From contig OX597824.1 in the NCBI GenBank assembly GCA_951406725.2, forward strand, positions 8,990,001-9,054,000: a stretch of 64,000 bases of DNA, written 5' to 3'. The notes beneath the pieces were generated by a model, which did no database searches, was not told where the DNA came from, and was given only the letters and a program-made list of their open reading frames with translations. Position 1 is the stretch's first letter. Each line of letters starts with the position of its first letter. The translations under genes and the position numbers were made by a program. Positions 13,372-26,420 of this stretch are shown here, piece by piece. The DNA comes from Octopus vulgaris (Eukaryota).

Positions 13372-13914
13372 TCATGACACGTGTAGGCAATAGTGAACGT
13401 AGTTTGGGTAATGGCGGGTATAGGCAATGACAAGTGGAGGTAGCCTTGGCCGTGACATGTTTACGTAGTAGGTGGTGTAAATAGTGGTGAGTGCAGGTAG
13501 TAGTAGCAGTTATGAGTGTAAGTGAAGGTGAGAGTAGGTAGCATTGTCAGTGATGAATGTAGGTAGTGGTGGCTGTTGATTATGATGAGCGTAAGTAATG
13601 GTTTGTGTGCCGGAAACAAGTGTAGGTAGGAGTGACAAGTGTTGTAGAGTTCAGTGTAAGCGATGAAGAGTGAAGTGGTATTGGTAGATGTGCCAATAGT
13701 GAATGCAGGCCATAAAGAGCAGCAGCCCTGAATAAATCATTTGTCAGGTTTAGGTTTATGAGTTGTAGTTGTGTGTAGAACAACTTCAGTCGATGGCTGA
13801 AACTGTCTCTGATGGGTCAGAGGTGAGGTAGATTTGCTGACAGAAATCTTTAAAATTGCTGCTTAATGTTTTAGATAAATTGTGTACCTGTTTAATATTT
13901 CGCTATAAAGAAAG

Positions 13915-14360
13915 GTGATGGATTAACCGACTTGCTAAAGTGTCGAAAAAAAAGGCATTCATCATTTGTTCTGGGCACTCAGAGTTCAAATCCGGCCGAC
14001 GTAAAGGTTGTGCTTTTCGGTATTACAGGGTCATTAGAAATCAAGTTCTATCCTAGTGTTTCAGTTGATGTAAGCGACTTATCTTTTCCCATATTTTTTG
14101 TTTTTATTTCAGAGCTTGAATTTGTATAAGAAAATATATTGCATTATTTTATAAGTAACTGTTTACTTTTATCAATCTTGTTAGTTCTGTTCTCTTACAA
14201 AATAGTCATTTCTGCTGTAGGCACAAGGTCTGAAATCTGGTGGGAAGGAGCCTGTAGATTATATCGATTCCAGTTTTCTGCTGGTGCTTATTACATTAAC
14301 GCCGAAATGATACAAGACAAATTGTTGATATTGGCAATATTTTAAACTCACAACGTTTTA
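13915..14360. mobile_element. Two degraded SINE B copies, tail-to-tail (+ 13915-14130; - 14205-14360)
   Basis: ctcagagttcaaatccggccgacgt on plus; taggcacaaggtctgaaat...atatcgattccag is the reverse complement of the B tail. Confidence 0.55.
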
Positions 14361-14411
14361 AACCAAATAGTTTTTAAGGTGAAAATTGTATAAAACACGA
14401 AACAAGATTTG

Positions 14412-14446
<35 letters not shown>

Positions 14447-14449
<3 letters not shown>

Positions 14450-14972
14450 GTAATTTACAAAAAAGAAAACACTAAAAAGACGAAGACGGGTGTGTTAACA
14501 ACAAACAGATGTTTTAGTTTGACGCTCGGGAAGTGAGAAAGTCTTACATTTTGAGCCTACGCTCTTCAACAGAAAGGAACACAGAAATAAACAGGAGAGT
14601 AAATGAAAAAGGTCAATCATGGCAAATGCCGGACAGGGGTGGTCAGACAGGAAGAGCTAGGAAGAAGGGAAGATAAAAAATAGTAGTGGTGATCTTAAAA
14701 CGAAGGTGCACGTAAGTGTATATGTGAGAGCGTGTATGTGCGTGTGGATAGGGTCTGGTGACATTGACGTATGCGTGTATGCGTGTGTAGTTGTTTGGAT
14801 GGTAGTGTGCGTGCTAGGAAGTGGTCAGTGATAGTGTGTGCGGGGTGGTGTGGTAAGTTGGAGTGTGGTGTGGAGGTGTGTGATGTGGTGTTGTGGTGTG
14901 TGACGTGGTGTCGTGGTGTTGTGTGGTGGTGTGTGGTGTGAAGGTTTTGGGATGTTGAGAAGGCGATGATTA
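14447..14972 (-). mobile_element. Longest P2 PLE-like remnant, in (TA)n
   Basis: gacgaagacgggtgtg...gagcctacgctcttcaacagaaagg matches 45031 and 7972; extends into a GT-rich body. Confidence 0.7.
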
Positions 14973-15286
14973 TATAGTATATATATATATATATATATAT
15001 ATATACCGTATATTAACCGGTGTTGTTCAAACGATGAATAGCCTTTGCATAAATCAATTGGTTCGTTTTGTTCTCTTACTTTATTATTATTATCATCTTA
15101 TAATCATCTCATAATAATGACCTTTATGACTCGTATTACTACCTCAGTCAATCTGAATGAAAAAGATTTGTCACTACTTGTCATAAATAGCCTTTTTCTA
15201 TCTGCAATATGCATTTTCGTTGATTTTTCATATTTTACCCATACATTTCCACGTGTATTTTATATTTTCTTTTCGTAACATATTTC

Positions 15287-15349
<63 letters not shown>

Positions 15350-15353
15350 TATG

Positions 15354-15545
15354 TAGGTCCCGGGTTGAGTCGGGGTTAACCACAGTAAATAAGGTACTCA
15401 ATACATAGCAGAGTAAATTAATTTATTATATAGAAGGAGCTTCTACAGGACTAGAACTGTTTCATTCAAAAGAAATCATCAGGAAGCTTCCTGATGATTT
15501 CTTTTGAATGAAACAGTTCTAGTCCTGTATTCTATATAATAAATA
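15354..15545 (-). mobile_element. PLE-like terminal fragment with fold-back inversion, in (TA)n
   Basis: Palindrome 15421-15544 centred on AAGCTT (15484-15489); contains the hammerhead below; TA arrays on both sides. Confidence 0.75.
15435..15492 (-). ncRNA. Type I hammerhead ribozyme (predicted)
   Basis: Minus strand agcttc-CTGATGA-t.ttc.tttt.gaa.t-GAAA-cag.ttctagtc.ctg-TA-gaagct. Intact core, 6-bp stem I, 3-bp stem II (U.U at base), 4-bp stem III, GUA cleavage triplet. Confidence 0.75.
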
Positions 15546-15901
15546 TATATATATAAATATATATATATATGTGAGTGTGTGTGTATGTGTATTTTTTGGC
15601 CTGCCCGTTTATCCGGTGAGTGGCGTCCTTCGAGGCCAAAAACGATACAAATCGAATTGTGACCAGTGATGTGTTACAACATCTGATAGTCTGGTCTATA
15701 TTATGTTATAGAAGCTATTAACAACTTGAAAACGCTTTATTGTTTTTTCCGAAACAGGACCTTAAATACAGGATCGCAATAAATATTAACTGTACTTTGT
15801 GATGCTGCTCTCTAAGGGAGAGTCAGGTTAATAACAGTGAGATGGGGGCACAGTTTACGCATTCTGCAAGCGACTTACATGTGGGTGAATAGCTTATGTG
15901 T

Positions 15902-16177
15902 GAAGGCACATGGCCTCGTGGTTGCGGGTTCGAATCACAGACCGGGTGATGTGTGTGTTTACGAGCGAAACACCTAAGCTCCACGCATTTCCGGCAGAAG
16001 GTAATGGCAAAACTTCTGCTGACTCTTTCGCCACAATTTTCTCTCACTCTTTCCTCCTGCATGTAGCATCTCACCTGCGACGGACCGGAGTCCCGTCCAA
16101 GTGGGGAACCTATACGCCAAAGAAACCGGGGAAACGGGCCCTTATGAGCCAGGCGTGGCTCGAGAAGGAGCAAACAG
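15902..16177 (+). mobile_element. SINE family C variant (middle M1 + tail T2)
   Basis: Head gggttcgaatc B-box; cacctaagctccacg...ctctcactctttcctcctg shared with 7133; cctgcgacggacc...gggccc...atgagcc shared with 4345. Confidence 0.8.
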
Positions 16178-16651
16178 AACGAATAGATTAAGTATCCTGA
16201 AACTACATTTGTGACAGATGTGGAATGTACCAGAAACCGATAGAGAATCAGTTCGTAGAAGTTCAGTTCGAAGCAGAGACAACTCTCAATGAACTTCTTA
16301 TTTTTTCGTCGTATAATAAGGTTGTTATAAAAACACTCTGATGATCCTTTTCACTTTATAAGTATTCGTTTCGTTTTCTATGAGTCACCAACTCTTCAAT
16401 TTACTTTATTAGCACTACGAGAGTACTAAAAAGTCTGCAAATTGATCGCTTGTGCTCATAAGCTTTTCATTCAGTAAGTCTTCTAGCTAGAATTTACCAA
16501 AAGTTCTTAATGAATTTCGCAAATGACATCTGAGCCGCGGGGATGCTGATTAAGTAAGCGAGATTGTGCATAACCGAAATTAGGAGAGCAGCAGCTCGAG
16601 ACAGAAAGAAAAGAAAAAGTAGGAGGAAACGCACTTCGATATATGTGTGTG

Positions 16652-16699
<48 letters not shown>

Positions 16700-16772
16700 T
16701 TGATGTATATATATTCATATGTGTATATTGTATATTATATATGTATATATATATATGTTGGTATGTAAATAT

Positions 16773-16819
<47 letters not shown>

Positions 16820-16939
16820 TATCTACACAAACACGTGCTCATATATGCATCTTTATATACATATATATATATATATATTTATACATACATGCATATATAT
16901 ATACAGATATATGCGTACATACACACACACACACACACG

Positions 16940-16978
<39 letters not shown>

Positions 16979-17886
16979 GTATACATGCACACACACACAC
17001 ACACACATATTATGTATGGATATGAAGAAATAACTAGGAAAGCAAGAGTGAGGGAGTGAAAATGAGAACAAGATAAAGCAAGGAGGAAAGAGTAAGTAAA
17101 AAGCGAAAGCGTGATATGAAATTATAGCTGGAATATGTGTAATTTGTATAGGTAGTACTGAAGAGGATTTAATGAAGTTGAACTATTGACAGCCAATAAT
17201 TCATCATTAGTGGCAAAAAATCAGAGTAATGTATATATTTATTCAGGTATTAAATCAATGATTTCTATTGAGAAATGACGTAATTATTAGCGTAAAAAGA
17301 TAATAATCAGACGACATTGATGCACGTTCTATCTTGTAATTTTTTTATAACCGAAGTATAAGCGAACACACATGCACACACAAATGCACGTACTCACACA
17401 CACATCATAGTGTTCACATAGATAAATGCTTCTTCCATGAGCTTATTTTTATGATGCTCGTAATAATTCTAGGAAAAGATGCATACTTTTTACTTTACAT
17501 AGTTAATAATTTTCGCAACTTTAAGAAAGGAATGGATCGATTTTTATGCGTAGATTCTCTACCGTTAAGCAGAGGTGTGATAAATTTCTTCGTCGTACGA
17601 GGATATTCTATCGCAGGTAACTTTTCAAGAACGTTCTGATATCTATTCTTGGTTGCTAGCAGTCAAGTGCAATACGTGTACAAAAATCCGTCTTCATACT
17701 CAATAAAATGTCTCCACTGCATCGCTCAGTTATTAATACAGTATATATATCTGATCGACCCTTTTATTATAATAACCAAATTTCCAAAGGTGAGATGTGT
17801 AGCGAAATGCTTCAATCCTTGAAATGAGATATTGTTTATAATATTATGAGGGCAGAGTTCTGGCAGAATCGTTACCACAAAATGCC

Positions 17887-18174
17887 TGTTATCGTTAGGC
17901 CTAGCTCATTGTGAAGTAAATACTATCATGAACTACAGTGGAAAAGGTCAGCCACTGGATCTGGTTAAAAGTAGACGATGAGCGATGGTTACAAGAATAT
18001 TTATTAAGCTTTATTTGACAACCAGTTGATCTAGCAAGCGGGGCCTCATCTCAGTGAGGTGCGCAATGATGCCGTCGAGAGGTAGGCGCCGAAACGGCGC
18101 GCATTTTCTCCTGATGACTCCATGCACATGCTGGCTTCCTATAGCACTTGCATGTGCAAGATGTTTGCAAAACA
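17887..18174 (-). mobile_element. Candidate solo LTR interrupting a SINE B
   Basis: Starts TGTT, ends AACA, two AATAAA on minus strand (about 18000-18016); SINE B head at 17850-17886 resumes at 18175. No TSD seen. Confidence 0.45.
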
Positions 18175-18322
18175 TTGTACGTCTTTGAGTTCAGAGTTCA
18201 AATTTCGCCGACGTCGATTTTGTCGCCGAAAGAAGTACGAGGTAAACATTTTTGTCGATGTAATCGTCTAGCTCCCTCCCCCAAAATTTCGATCCCTGTG
18301 CCCAAAGTAGAAAGGGATATTA
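18175..18322 (+). mobile_element. SINE B short variant, 3' part
   Basis: gagttcaaatttcgccgacgtcga...ccccaaaatttcgatccctgtgcccaaagtagaaaggg. Confidence 0.7.
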
Positions 18323-18324
18323 AT

Positions 18325-18720
18325 GTAGCGAGCTGGCAGAATCGTTTACACGCCGGACGAAATGCTTAACTGCATTTCGTCTGCCGCTACGTTCTGAGTT
18401 CAAATATCGCCGAGGTCGACTTTGCCTTTCATCCTTTCGGGGTCGATAAAATAAGAACCAGTTACGCCCTGGGGTCGATATAATCGACTTAATCCGTTTG
18501 TCTGTCTTTGTTTGTCCTCTCTGTGTTTAGCTCCTTGTGGGTAGTAAAGAAATAGGTATTTCACCCGTCTTAACATTCTGAGCTGAAAGTACCCCACGGT
18601 CGACTTTCCATGTCTTCCTTTCTGGTTCGATAAAATAAGTACCGGTCAAGTTCCATGGTCAATGTAAGCGTCTTCCCCCTCTCCTCAAAAACTGTTGACC
18701 CTATGCTAAAATATTTAAGA
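18325..18720 (+). mobile_element. SINE B long variant (18325-18556) joined to 5'-truncated older B copy
   Basis: Junction ...gaaatag|gtatttcacccgtcttaacattctgag... Confidence 0.85.
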
Positions 18721-20059
18721 CCTTTAATAATATTATTAATTTCTAGACTATCAGCTTCATCTTAGGTGAAAATCGTATAAAACACAAAACAAGATTTGAA
18801 ATAAACGGTGAAAAAGAAGAAGTAGAGAACTATAGTTTATATTTTACCTTACCTTAATCTCTTAATATTTCGTAATAAAACGCCTTTGTCAAGGAAAAAA
18901 AAGGTAGAATGTGTTATCAAGATGATATCTTTTGCTCATTTAAATATAAGTATAAGACTATCGATTTCTCATCCTTACATGTGTTTTCACACTTTTATGC
19001 CACATTTGCATTTTATTGATTTTTAAAAAATCTTTAAAATTTTATTTCGTAATTCATAAAATATTTTACATCACGTTTATTTCGATTTAATATCCTATCA
19101 TCATCGGAATCGTTTTCTTGGATAATACACATCCTACCCGCCTGCCTTCAAACCTGACCGTTATTACTAAAGTAAAACTCTCAGCCATAACACTCCTGTA
19201 TCTACCCCTGTTAACAGGAATTGCTAATACTAGAAACCCGCTTCTGCAGTCTGGTACTCGTTATAGTAAAACACCCTTTCAAATTGAACTCCTTCATCTT
19301 ATATTTACTTGGCCGGACATAAATCATTGAATTCATTCAGATGTTGGATAGACAACATATATATTATTTCCTTTGAAATTGCCGTGATTAGTTAAAATCT
19401 TGTAGAAATCGGCTTTAGTTTTTTTTTTTAATTCTCTGCGATTACGACAGATTAAACAACAAAGATTAAGTCAGTGCTCTAACTCTTTAAAAATAAATAA
19501 GTAAAAATCGTTAACGCTTGGTAAGAAAACCATTGCATTCCACCCGCTTTCTCACCAGATTCTGTCGTGTAGGCGTACGATAGATCCATAGCAGTCATTA
19601 TTTCGATTTTGAGCTGCTTAGCTTCGTTCTTTTATGGATTTATTTTCTTGGACGCCTACATACAAATACATACCACACACACACACGCTTACCAGAGACA
19701 TATTAATCCACCCACACGAACAACACACACAGATTCATCATAACTACACACTCCTTACAATATAAAATACTTACAAAGTGCAACCTGTTTTATGAAGTTG
19801 CTATTGCCAGCCCTGGAGAAGTAAATATATCGCCAAGGACATTCCAGTCATGCCTATCACCCCAATTTATGTGATATTTAGAATAAAGTTACCTAACGTA
19901 CGCATTCTCATTTTTATGACATGAACTAAAGGTTTTTTTGTGTTTTTCTCTAGCAATTTGTGTAACCAGATCCATAGGAATTCCTTCGTTTGTAAGTCAG
20001 GATAAATGTGTATCATTCTGTAAATATACAGAAGTGAACATTGTGGATGCTTGAAAAGA

Positions 20060-20580
20060 TAGACAGAGTCAGTTAATTCAGCCTAGAAGTTATCAACTCA
20101 GTTCAGATGGCTCGAAATATATAGACTTAACTACCATAGAAAACATTTAATTAGATTAAGCATTTTAGAATAGGCTTATGCAGGTCAACAAAAATTTACT
20201 CAGTTCAACCAACGAAGAATATATGGACTCAGTTCAAACAACCAAGACTATGTGGCCTCAGTTCAAACAGCCTAAAATAGAATAAACTCGGTCCAGCCAG
20301 TCTAAAGCCGACAGACTCAGTTCAAACTGTCGAGAATAGATCGATTCAAGTCAACCACCTGAACACTAGTTTTATTTAAATCTGCTGAGAATGCAGACAC
20401 TCGGTTTATCCATCTTACAGTCTAGGTTAGAGAGACTCTGCTCATTATATAGAGAGACTCAGTCCAAACAGCCTTTAATTGACTTAGTTCAAGAAACGTA
20501 AATTAGAAAGACTCAGTTTCCAGAAAAGACTTCGTTTAAGCCATCGAGGAAAGATTTACTCTTTTCAACAAGCTTAGTAT
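20060..20580 (+). repeat. Degenerate 29-30-bp-period array, core GACTCAGTTCAA
   Basis: Core at about 20096, 20198, 20227, 20256, 20286, 20315 and further degenerate copies to about 20560. Confidence 0.8.
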
Positions 20581-21076
20581 ATGTAGGCACATGTCATCGT
20601 GTTCTTTTTATGATAATATTAATCCATGTGCCACTCCTTTTCTTTAAACATTAAAAAGCAATTTTAAGGGAGAATAAAGCTGTTATTTCTAGTGATATGT
20701 GATATGACTGAGATTGAGTAACTACTTCCATTGATCTGAGCAACCGTGCAGAAACATTCTCCATCTTGTTAGCTTAATTTTATTTCAAATCCTATAACAA
20801 CAGTTTTGTATAGACTGTATTGACTTCTTGTTATCGCTCAATGATAACTTTTCGTATTCTTTTGAGAAACAGCAAGTTGTGACAGGTCGCTATAAAAACT
20901 GATATTGGTTTAAAGATCAGCGTTAGCCCATCGAACAATAAGTTATTTTTCCCATTATGTCGCATAGTTTAGATATTTGAATCTTTTGAAATTTTGAATA
21001 AGTTCTTAATTTGAAATTTACCAATAGCTTTGATTTCTTCTGCATTCCAGTTAATATTGACTAATTTCCGTGTTTC

Positions 21077-21230
21077 GAGGTGGCAGAATGGCTAGCATAT
21101 CGGACCAAATGTTTAGCAATGTTCTTTGCGATCTTAGTTGAAATCCTGCCGAGGTAAACTTTGCCTTCTATCCCCCTCGGAGCCGATGCAATAGAATTGC
21201 ACTCTTCCCTTAAAATAGCTGGCTTTAATC
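21077..21230 (+). mobile_element. Degraded SINE B
   Basis: gaggtggcagaatggctagc...ttgaaatcctgccgaggtaaactttgccttc. Confidence 0.6.
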
Positions 21231-21967
21231 ACTGCAATGGACATGTGTCTCGTTCAGTAGGAATACTACTATCTCGATTAGTTATACACCATGGAAACCG
21301 AGTGACTAACATTAAGAATCAAAGAGGTGAAGGAAAACAAAAATAAATGCTAAACTTTTTTCTGATAATAATGCTGGAAATAGCAGCTACATCTTCACCA
21401 AATTACAATCTGACGCCTTAAGAAAGAAATGAAACCGTGGTTATTGTAGTTGCTGATAAAGTCATGATTTGGAAAGATTTTTCGGAATCTAGCAACTTTC
21501 TCTGCGTCGAAGACTTTTGCAGGTTTTCTTAGTGTTCAGCGAATAGGAAATTGATCTTCATCCTGCATAGAATAACAATTCGTCAGTAATAACTGGAATA
21601 CAAATAGCATTTAAAATTTGCAGCAGCTGTTTTATGAGGTGTTCTTCGATTACATCATAACGTATAATACAACATAGAATCCCCCATCTTCTGACAGGTG
21701 GGAATTCATACATCGAATATAACGAATCCAATATGTAAATAGCAAACCCAAACTGGATTTCCCGATGACACGTCAGCAGTATCTTAAGAACACTTGATAC
21801 CTTCGTTATTGAATCCTATGTTATCGCACCAAGCCATTTATGGCATCCTACATGTTGCTGTGCCTAGATACTTCAGAATCCTTATGACTAATTCCTATGT
21901 GTATACATATGAGAAAATGGCAAAAATACAAGAATTTTCTGACTATATTTGTAGTTTAGTAATAAAT

Positions 21968-22365
21968 AGGCACAGGAGTGGCTGTGTGGTAAGTAGCTTG
22001 CCTACCAACCACATGGTTCTGGGTTCAGTCCCACTGCGTGGCATCTTGGGCAAGTGTCTTCTGCTATAGCCTCGGGCCGACCAATGCCTTGTGAGTGGAT
22101 TTGGTAGACGGAAACTGAAAGAAGCCCGTCGTATATATGTATATATATATATGTATGTTTGTGTGTCTGTGTTTGTCCCCCTAGCATTGCTTGACAACCG
22201 ATGCTGGTGTGTTTACGTCCCCGTCACTTAGCGGTTCGGCAAAAGAGACCGATAGAATAAGTACTGGGCTTACAAAGAATATGTCCCGGGGTCGATTTGC
22301 TCGACTAAAGGCGGTGCTCCAGCATGGCCGCAATCAAATGACTGAAACAAATAAAAGAGTAAATA
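21968..22365 (+). mobile_element. SINE A, full length
   Basis: Near-identical to 11969-12410. Confidence 0.93.
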
Positions 22366-22704
22366 AATGGAGCGTATTCCGATTACTTTTGAGCTCACAC
22401 ATATGGTAAACCAATTCAGACTCCGATATCTATAATTCAACAATTTACCGCTTAGCTACCATGCTATGAACACTGTATGCGTTTTCACATTTGTTTAAAA
22501 TTTTAATTACTTTTCAGTTTTCATTTGCAGTAACTGAAGGCAAAACACAGGGAAAAACGAAAATTAAGTTTTATATTTCATGGACTTGGATGAAGATCCA
22601 ATAGAAACACAAATACGCCCCTGTGTGTGTGTGTGTCTGTGTGTGTGTGTGTGTATGTGTGTGTGTGTGTGTATACATATGTGTGTATACATATATATGT
22701 GTGT

Positions 22705-22763
<59 letters not shown>

Positions 22764-23061
22764 TATATACATATGTGCTTATATAAGATATATATGTGCT
22801 TATATAAGATATATATGCGCATAGATATATGTTCACACATATTGATATGTTTATATATGTATATATATATATTTATAATACATGTATATTATACATATGT
22901 GGATGTGAAAGTATACACATAAATATTTGTACACACCTACATATATACATGTATGTAACCAAGCATACATATACCCACACACGCATATATACACATATAC
23001 ACACTTTCACACAAACATAGAACCATGCACATCTCTCTCTCTCTCTCTCTTATATATATAT

Positions 23062-23145
<84 letters not shown>

Positions 23146-24059
23146 CATGTATAAGTGTGCGTGTTTAGAAATGCATATATAAATGCTGACATGCTCGCAT
23201 AAGTATACATATATATATATACATATGCGTGTGTCCGTGCATCCGTGGGTGTGCGTGTTTGTGTGAGTGTCTGTGTGTGTATACATACGAGTATGCATAC
23301 ATAGTTTAGAAAGTATCTATTTAATTTGGAAAGGAAAATCGGCAAATTTTCAAAATTTCCTCGGTAATTGCATATTTTGGTTGGGAAACACCAGAAACGC
23401 TATCAACTTCAATTTTCACTTAAATTTTAAGATTAATCTCTTCAGATAAATGCTGGTATAGGAATAATTATAGCTTCGCTATGAAACACTCAACATTAAT
23501 TAACTGAAAAAGTTATTAAATATTTGTTGCGTTTTTTTTTTTTTTAAATAATAAGTTGACAATAGGCTTTTCAATAAATAATGAGAGGAGAAGAGGAACA
23601 AGAAGAACAACAACGATAACAACAATTACGATGGTGATGATGATGATGATGGTAATGTGTATGGAGCTGGTCGTGGTGTTGGTGTTGGTGTTGGTATTGG
23701 TGTTGGTGGTTGGCGATGATGCTGGAGGGCTTTGGTGATAAGAAACAACAGGGATGATGGGTATGTTGATGATGATGATACTGACTTAGAAGAAAATGGG
23801 TTGGACGTCATTGATAGTGATGGCGTGGTGTTGGTATGAAGGTAAGGGGGTGGGGATGAATGTGGAAGAAACACAACAGAAATAGCAACATCAAAATAGC
23901 AACATTAATAATGGTAATTATTACTTAATTAGACATGAAGACTCATAGTTAATTAGGAATATGAGGTAATGCATCTTATGCCTTTTCTACAGAGCGTATG
24001 AAATGATGATAACAAAGCAGCAAATTGCATCTCGGGCATTGCCATACGCACAGAACACT

Positions 24060-24421
24060 ACTATACACAAACACACACACACACATACGTACGTACATAC
24101 GTATATATACATACATACATACATACATACATACATACATACATGCATACATACATACATACATGCATACATACATACATACATACAAAGTATACACACA
24201 TACATACATGCAAACATACATGCATACATACATGCATGCATACATACATACATGCATGCATACATACATACATACATACATGCATACATACATACATACA
24301 TGCATACATACATACATGCATACATAGATACATACATGCATACATACATACATACATACACACATACATACATACATGCATATATATACATACATACATG
24401 CATATATACATACATACATAC

Positions 24422-24455
<34 letters not shown>

Positions 24456-24700
24456 GCGTAATTACATACATATACATACATATATGCATACATGCATATA
24501 CACATACATACATACATACATACACTCATACATGCATGCATGCTTACATACATCTAAGCATACAAACATACATACATACGTACATACATACATATACGCA
24601 TCCATACAAATATACATGCATACATACATGCATACATATATACATTCATACATACATGCATACATATATACACATATAAACATACACACGCCTTTCGCAA
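24060..24700. repeat. (CATA)n/(CATG) tetranucleotide array
   Basis: Direct inspection. Confidence 0.95.
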
Positions 24701-26029
24701 ACACACATATATCACGGGCGCGCTGATACTGGGTATAAATTTTCGATTATCTTTAAAACCTCGTCTCCTTGCTTTCGTAATGTCTTTAGAACAGGAATAA
24801 TTGCCACTACTTCCCAGTTGCTTTCACTCACTGAATGATACCATTGTATAGCGCACATGCCTCATCCAAAAGAGTCTTATTTATTACTCATGAATAAAGT
24901 GGAAAAAATTGAGTTTTATGAGTTAAACAACAATACACCCACACCCATGTGGAACCGAAGTTAATCTATAATTTGTTTTGATATATGGATTTTAATATTT
25001 CAAAATAGTTATGGCGAATTAATACTTCATAATAAATATTGAAATAAATATTTTATGCGCAACAATGCATGTATCAGAAGTACTAAAATAGATTTGAATA
25101 TTAAACTGTTATTAACTGTGATAAAGAACTATATAACAGCGTATATACATTTCTTCTATGCTTTCGCTGTGCAGGAAAATCAGAATGTGTATGTGGCTCT
25201 TGCGATTGACGCACAAACACACTGTTCTTTTCTTTTTCTGTCAATACTGCAAATAGAAACCATCTCCACTAAGGAACTTCTGGCACAGATACAAACCAAC
25301 GATGGAGGCTCGAATCTTGTGAAAAATGGATGAGTTATAAAGTCAGGTTCTGAGTCCCTTCGCATTAAAAAAAACAAAACAGATGGGATTGTCACGGTTA
25401 GGATGATTCCTGTCATAAGTTTTCTCAGTCGGTGCTCATCTGGGATAACATTTCATCAGGAATCTCGAGACATACCGGTTTCTACCTTTGTCGTCATCCC
25501 AGGTGTTTCAATCTCTCACAAAGCCTTCTCTTCACGGCGCACACTCTCTGCTATTCTCTTTCACTCGCAAATTTGTTCAGACTGAAAAGTCAAACGTATT
25601 GATATAACCAGTCTTATTGGGCCAATAAAACTGATAGAATTACCCACTTCCCTTGGATTAAGAGTGAAACATATACTAAGATATCTCTACTCCATCCACC
25701 TGATAGTAAAGAGTCAGTCTTGACGAGTCGCAGAAATGGCTTCTACATGACTCCTAGACCTCCTTCCGAGAAATAGCTACCAAGACTTCTTAACTCAGAT
25801 TTAAGTGTATTAAAAAAGAACTAACATATTGCATTACTTGGTTCTGTTTATACTGTTTCAAAAATTAAGAGGGTATAGTCACAGAACGAACGGCATTCAG
25901 TTATAATAGATCTGCTTGATTAGAGAAGTGTTTGTTGAAAAACATAACAGCGAAGAAAGAGCAATTGAGAGAGGGCGTCACGAAATCGTAATAAAAGCCA
26001 GATACTCATAAAATCTGAGAAGATTTATA

Positions 26030-26236
26030 TCTCTTTACTCTTTTTTTACTTGTTTCAGTCATTTGACTGCGGCCATGCTGGATCACCGCCTTTAGTCGAG
26101 CAAATCGACCCCGGGACTTATTCTTTGTAAGCCCAGTATTTATTCTATCGGTCTGTTTTTGCCGAACCGCTAAGTGACGGGGACGTAAACACACCAGCAT
26201 CGATTGTCAAGCAGTGCTAGGGGGACACACAAACAG

Positions 26237-26267
<31 letters not shown>

Positions 26268-26420
26268 CATACATACGATGGGCTTCTTTCAGTTTCCGTC
26301 TACCAAATCTACTCACAAGGCATTGGTCGGCCCGGGGCTATAGCAGAAGACACTTGCCCAAGATGCCACGCAGTGGTTGGTTAGCAAGCTACTTACCACA
26401 CAGCCACTCCTGCGCCTATG
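26030..26420 (-). mobile_element. SINE A with internal deletion of the B-box region
   Basis: Reverse complement of family A; cacgcagtgg joins directly to ttggttagcaagc. Confidence 0.9.

Noticed and set aside
20060-20580. CRISPR array
   Set aside because: Core only about 12 bp and degenerate, spacers weakly related, eukaryotic context, no cas genes; kept only as a minisatellite finding.
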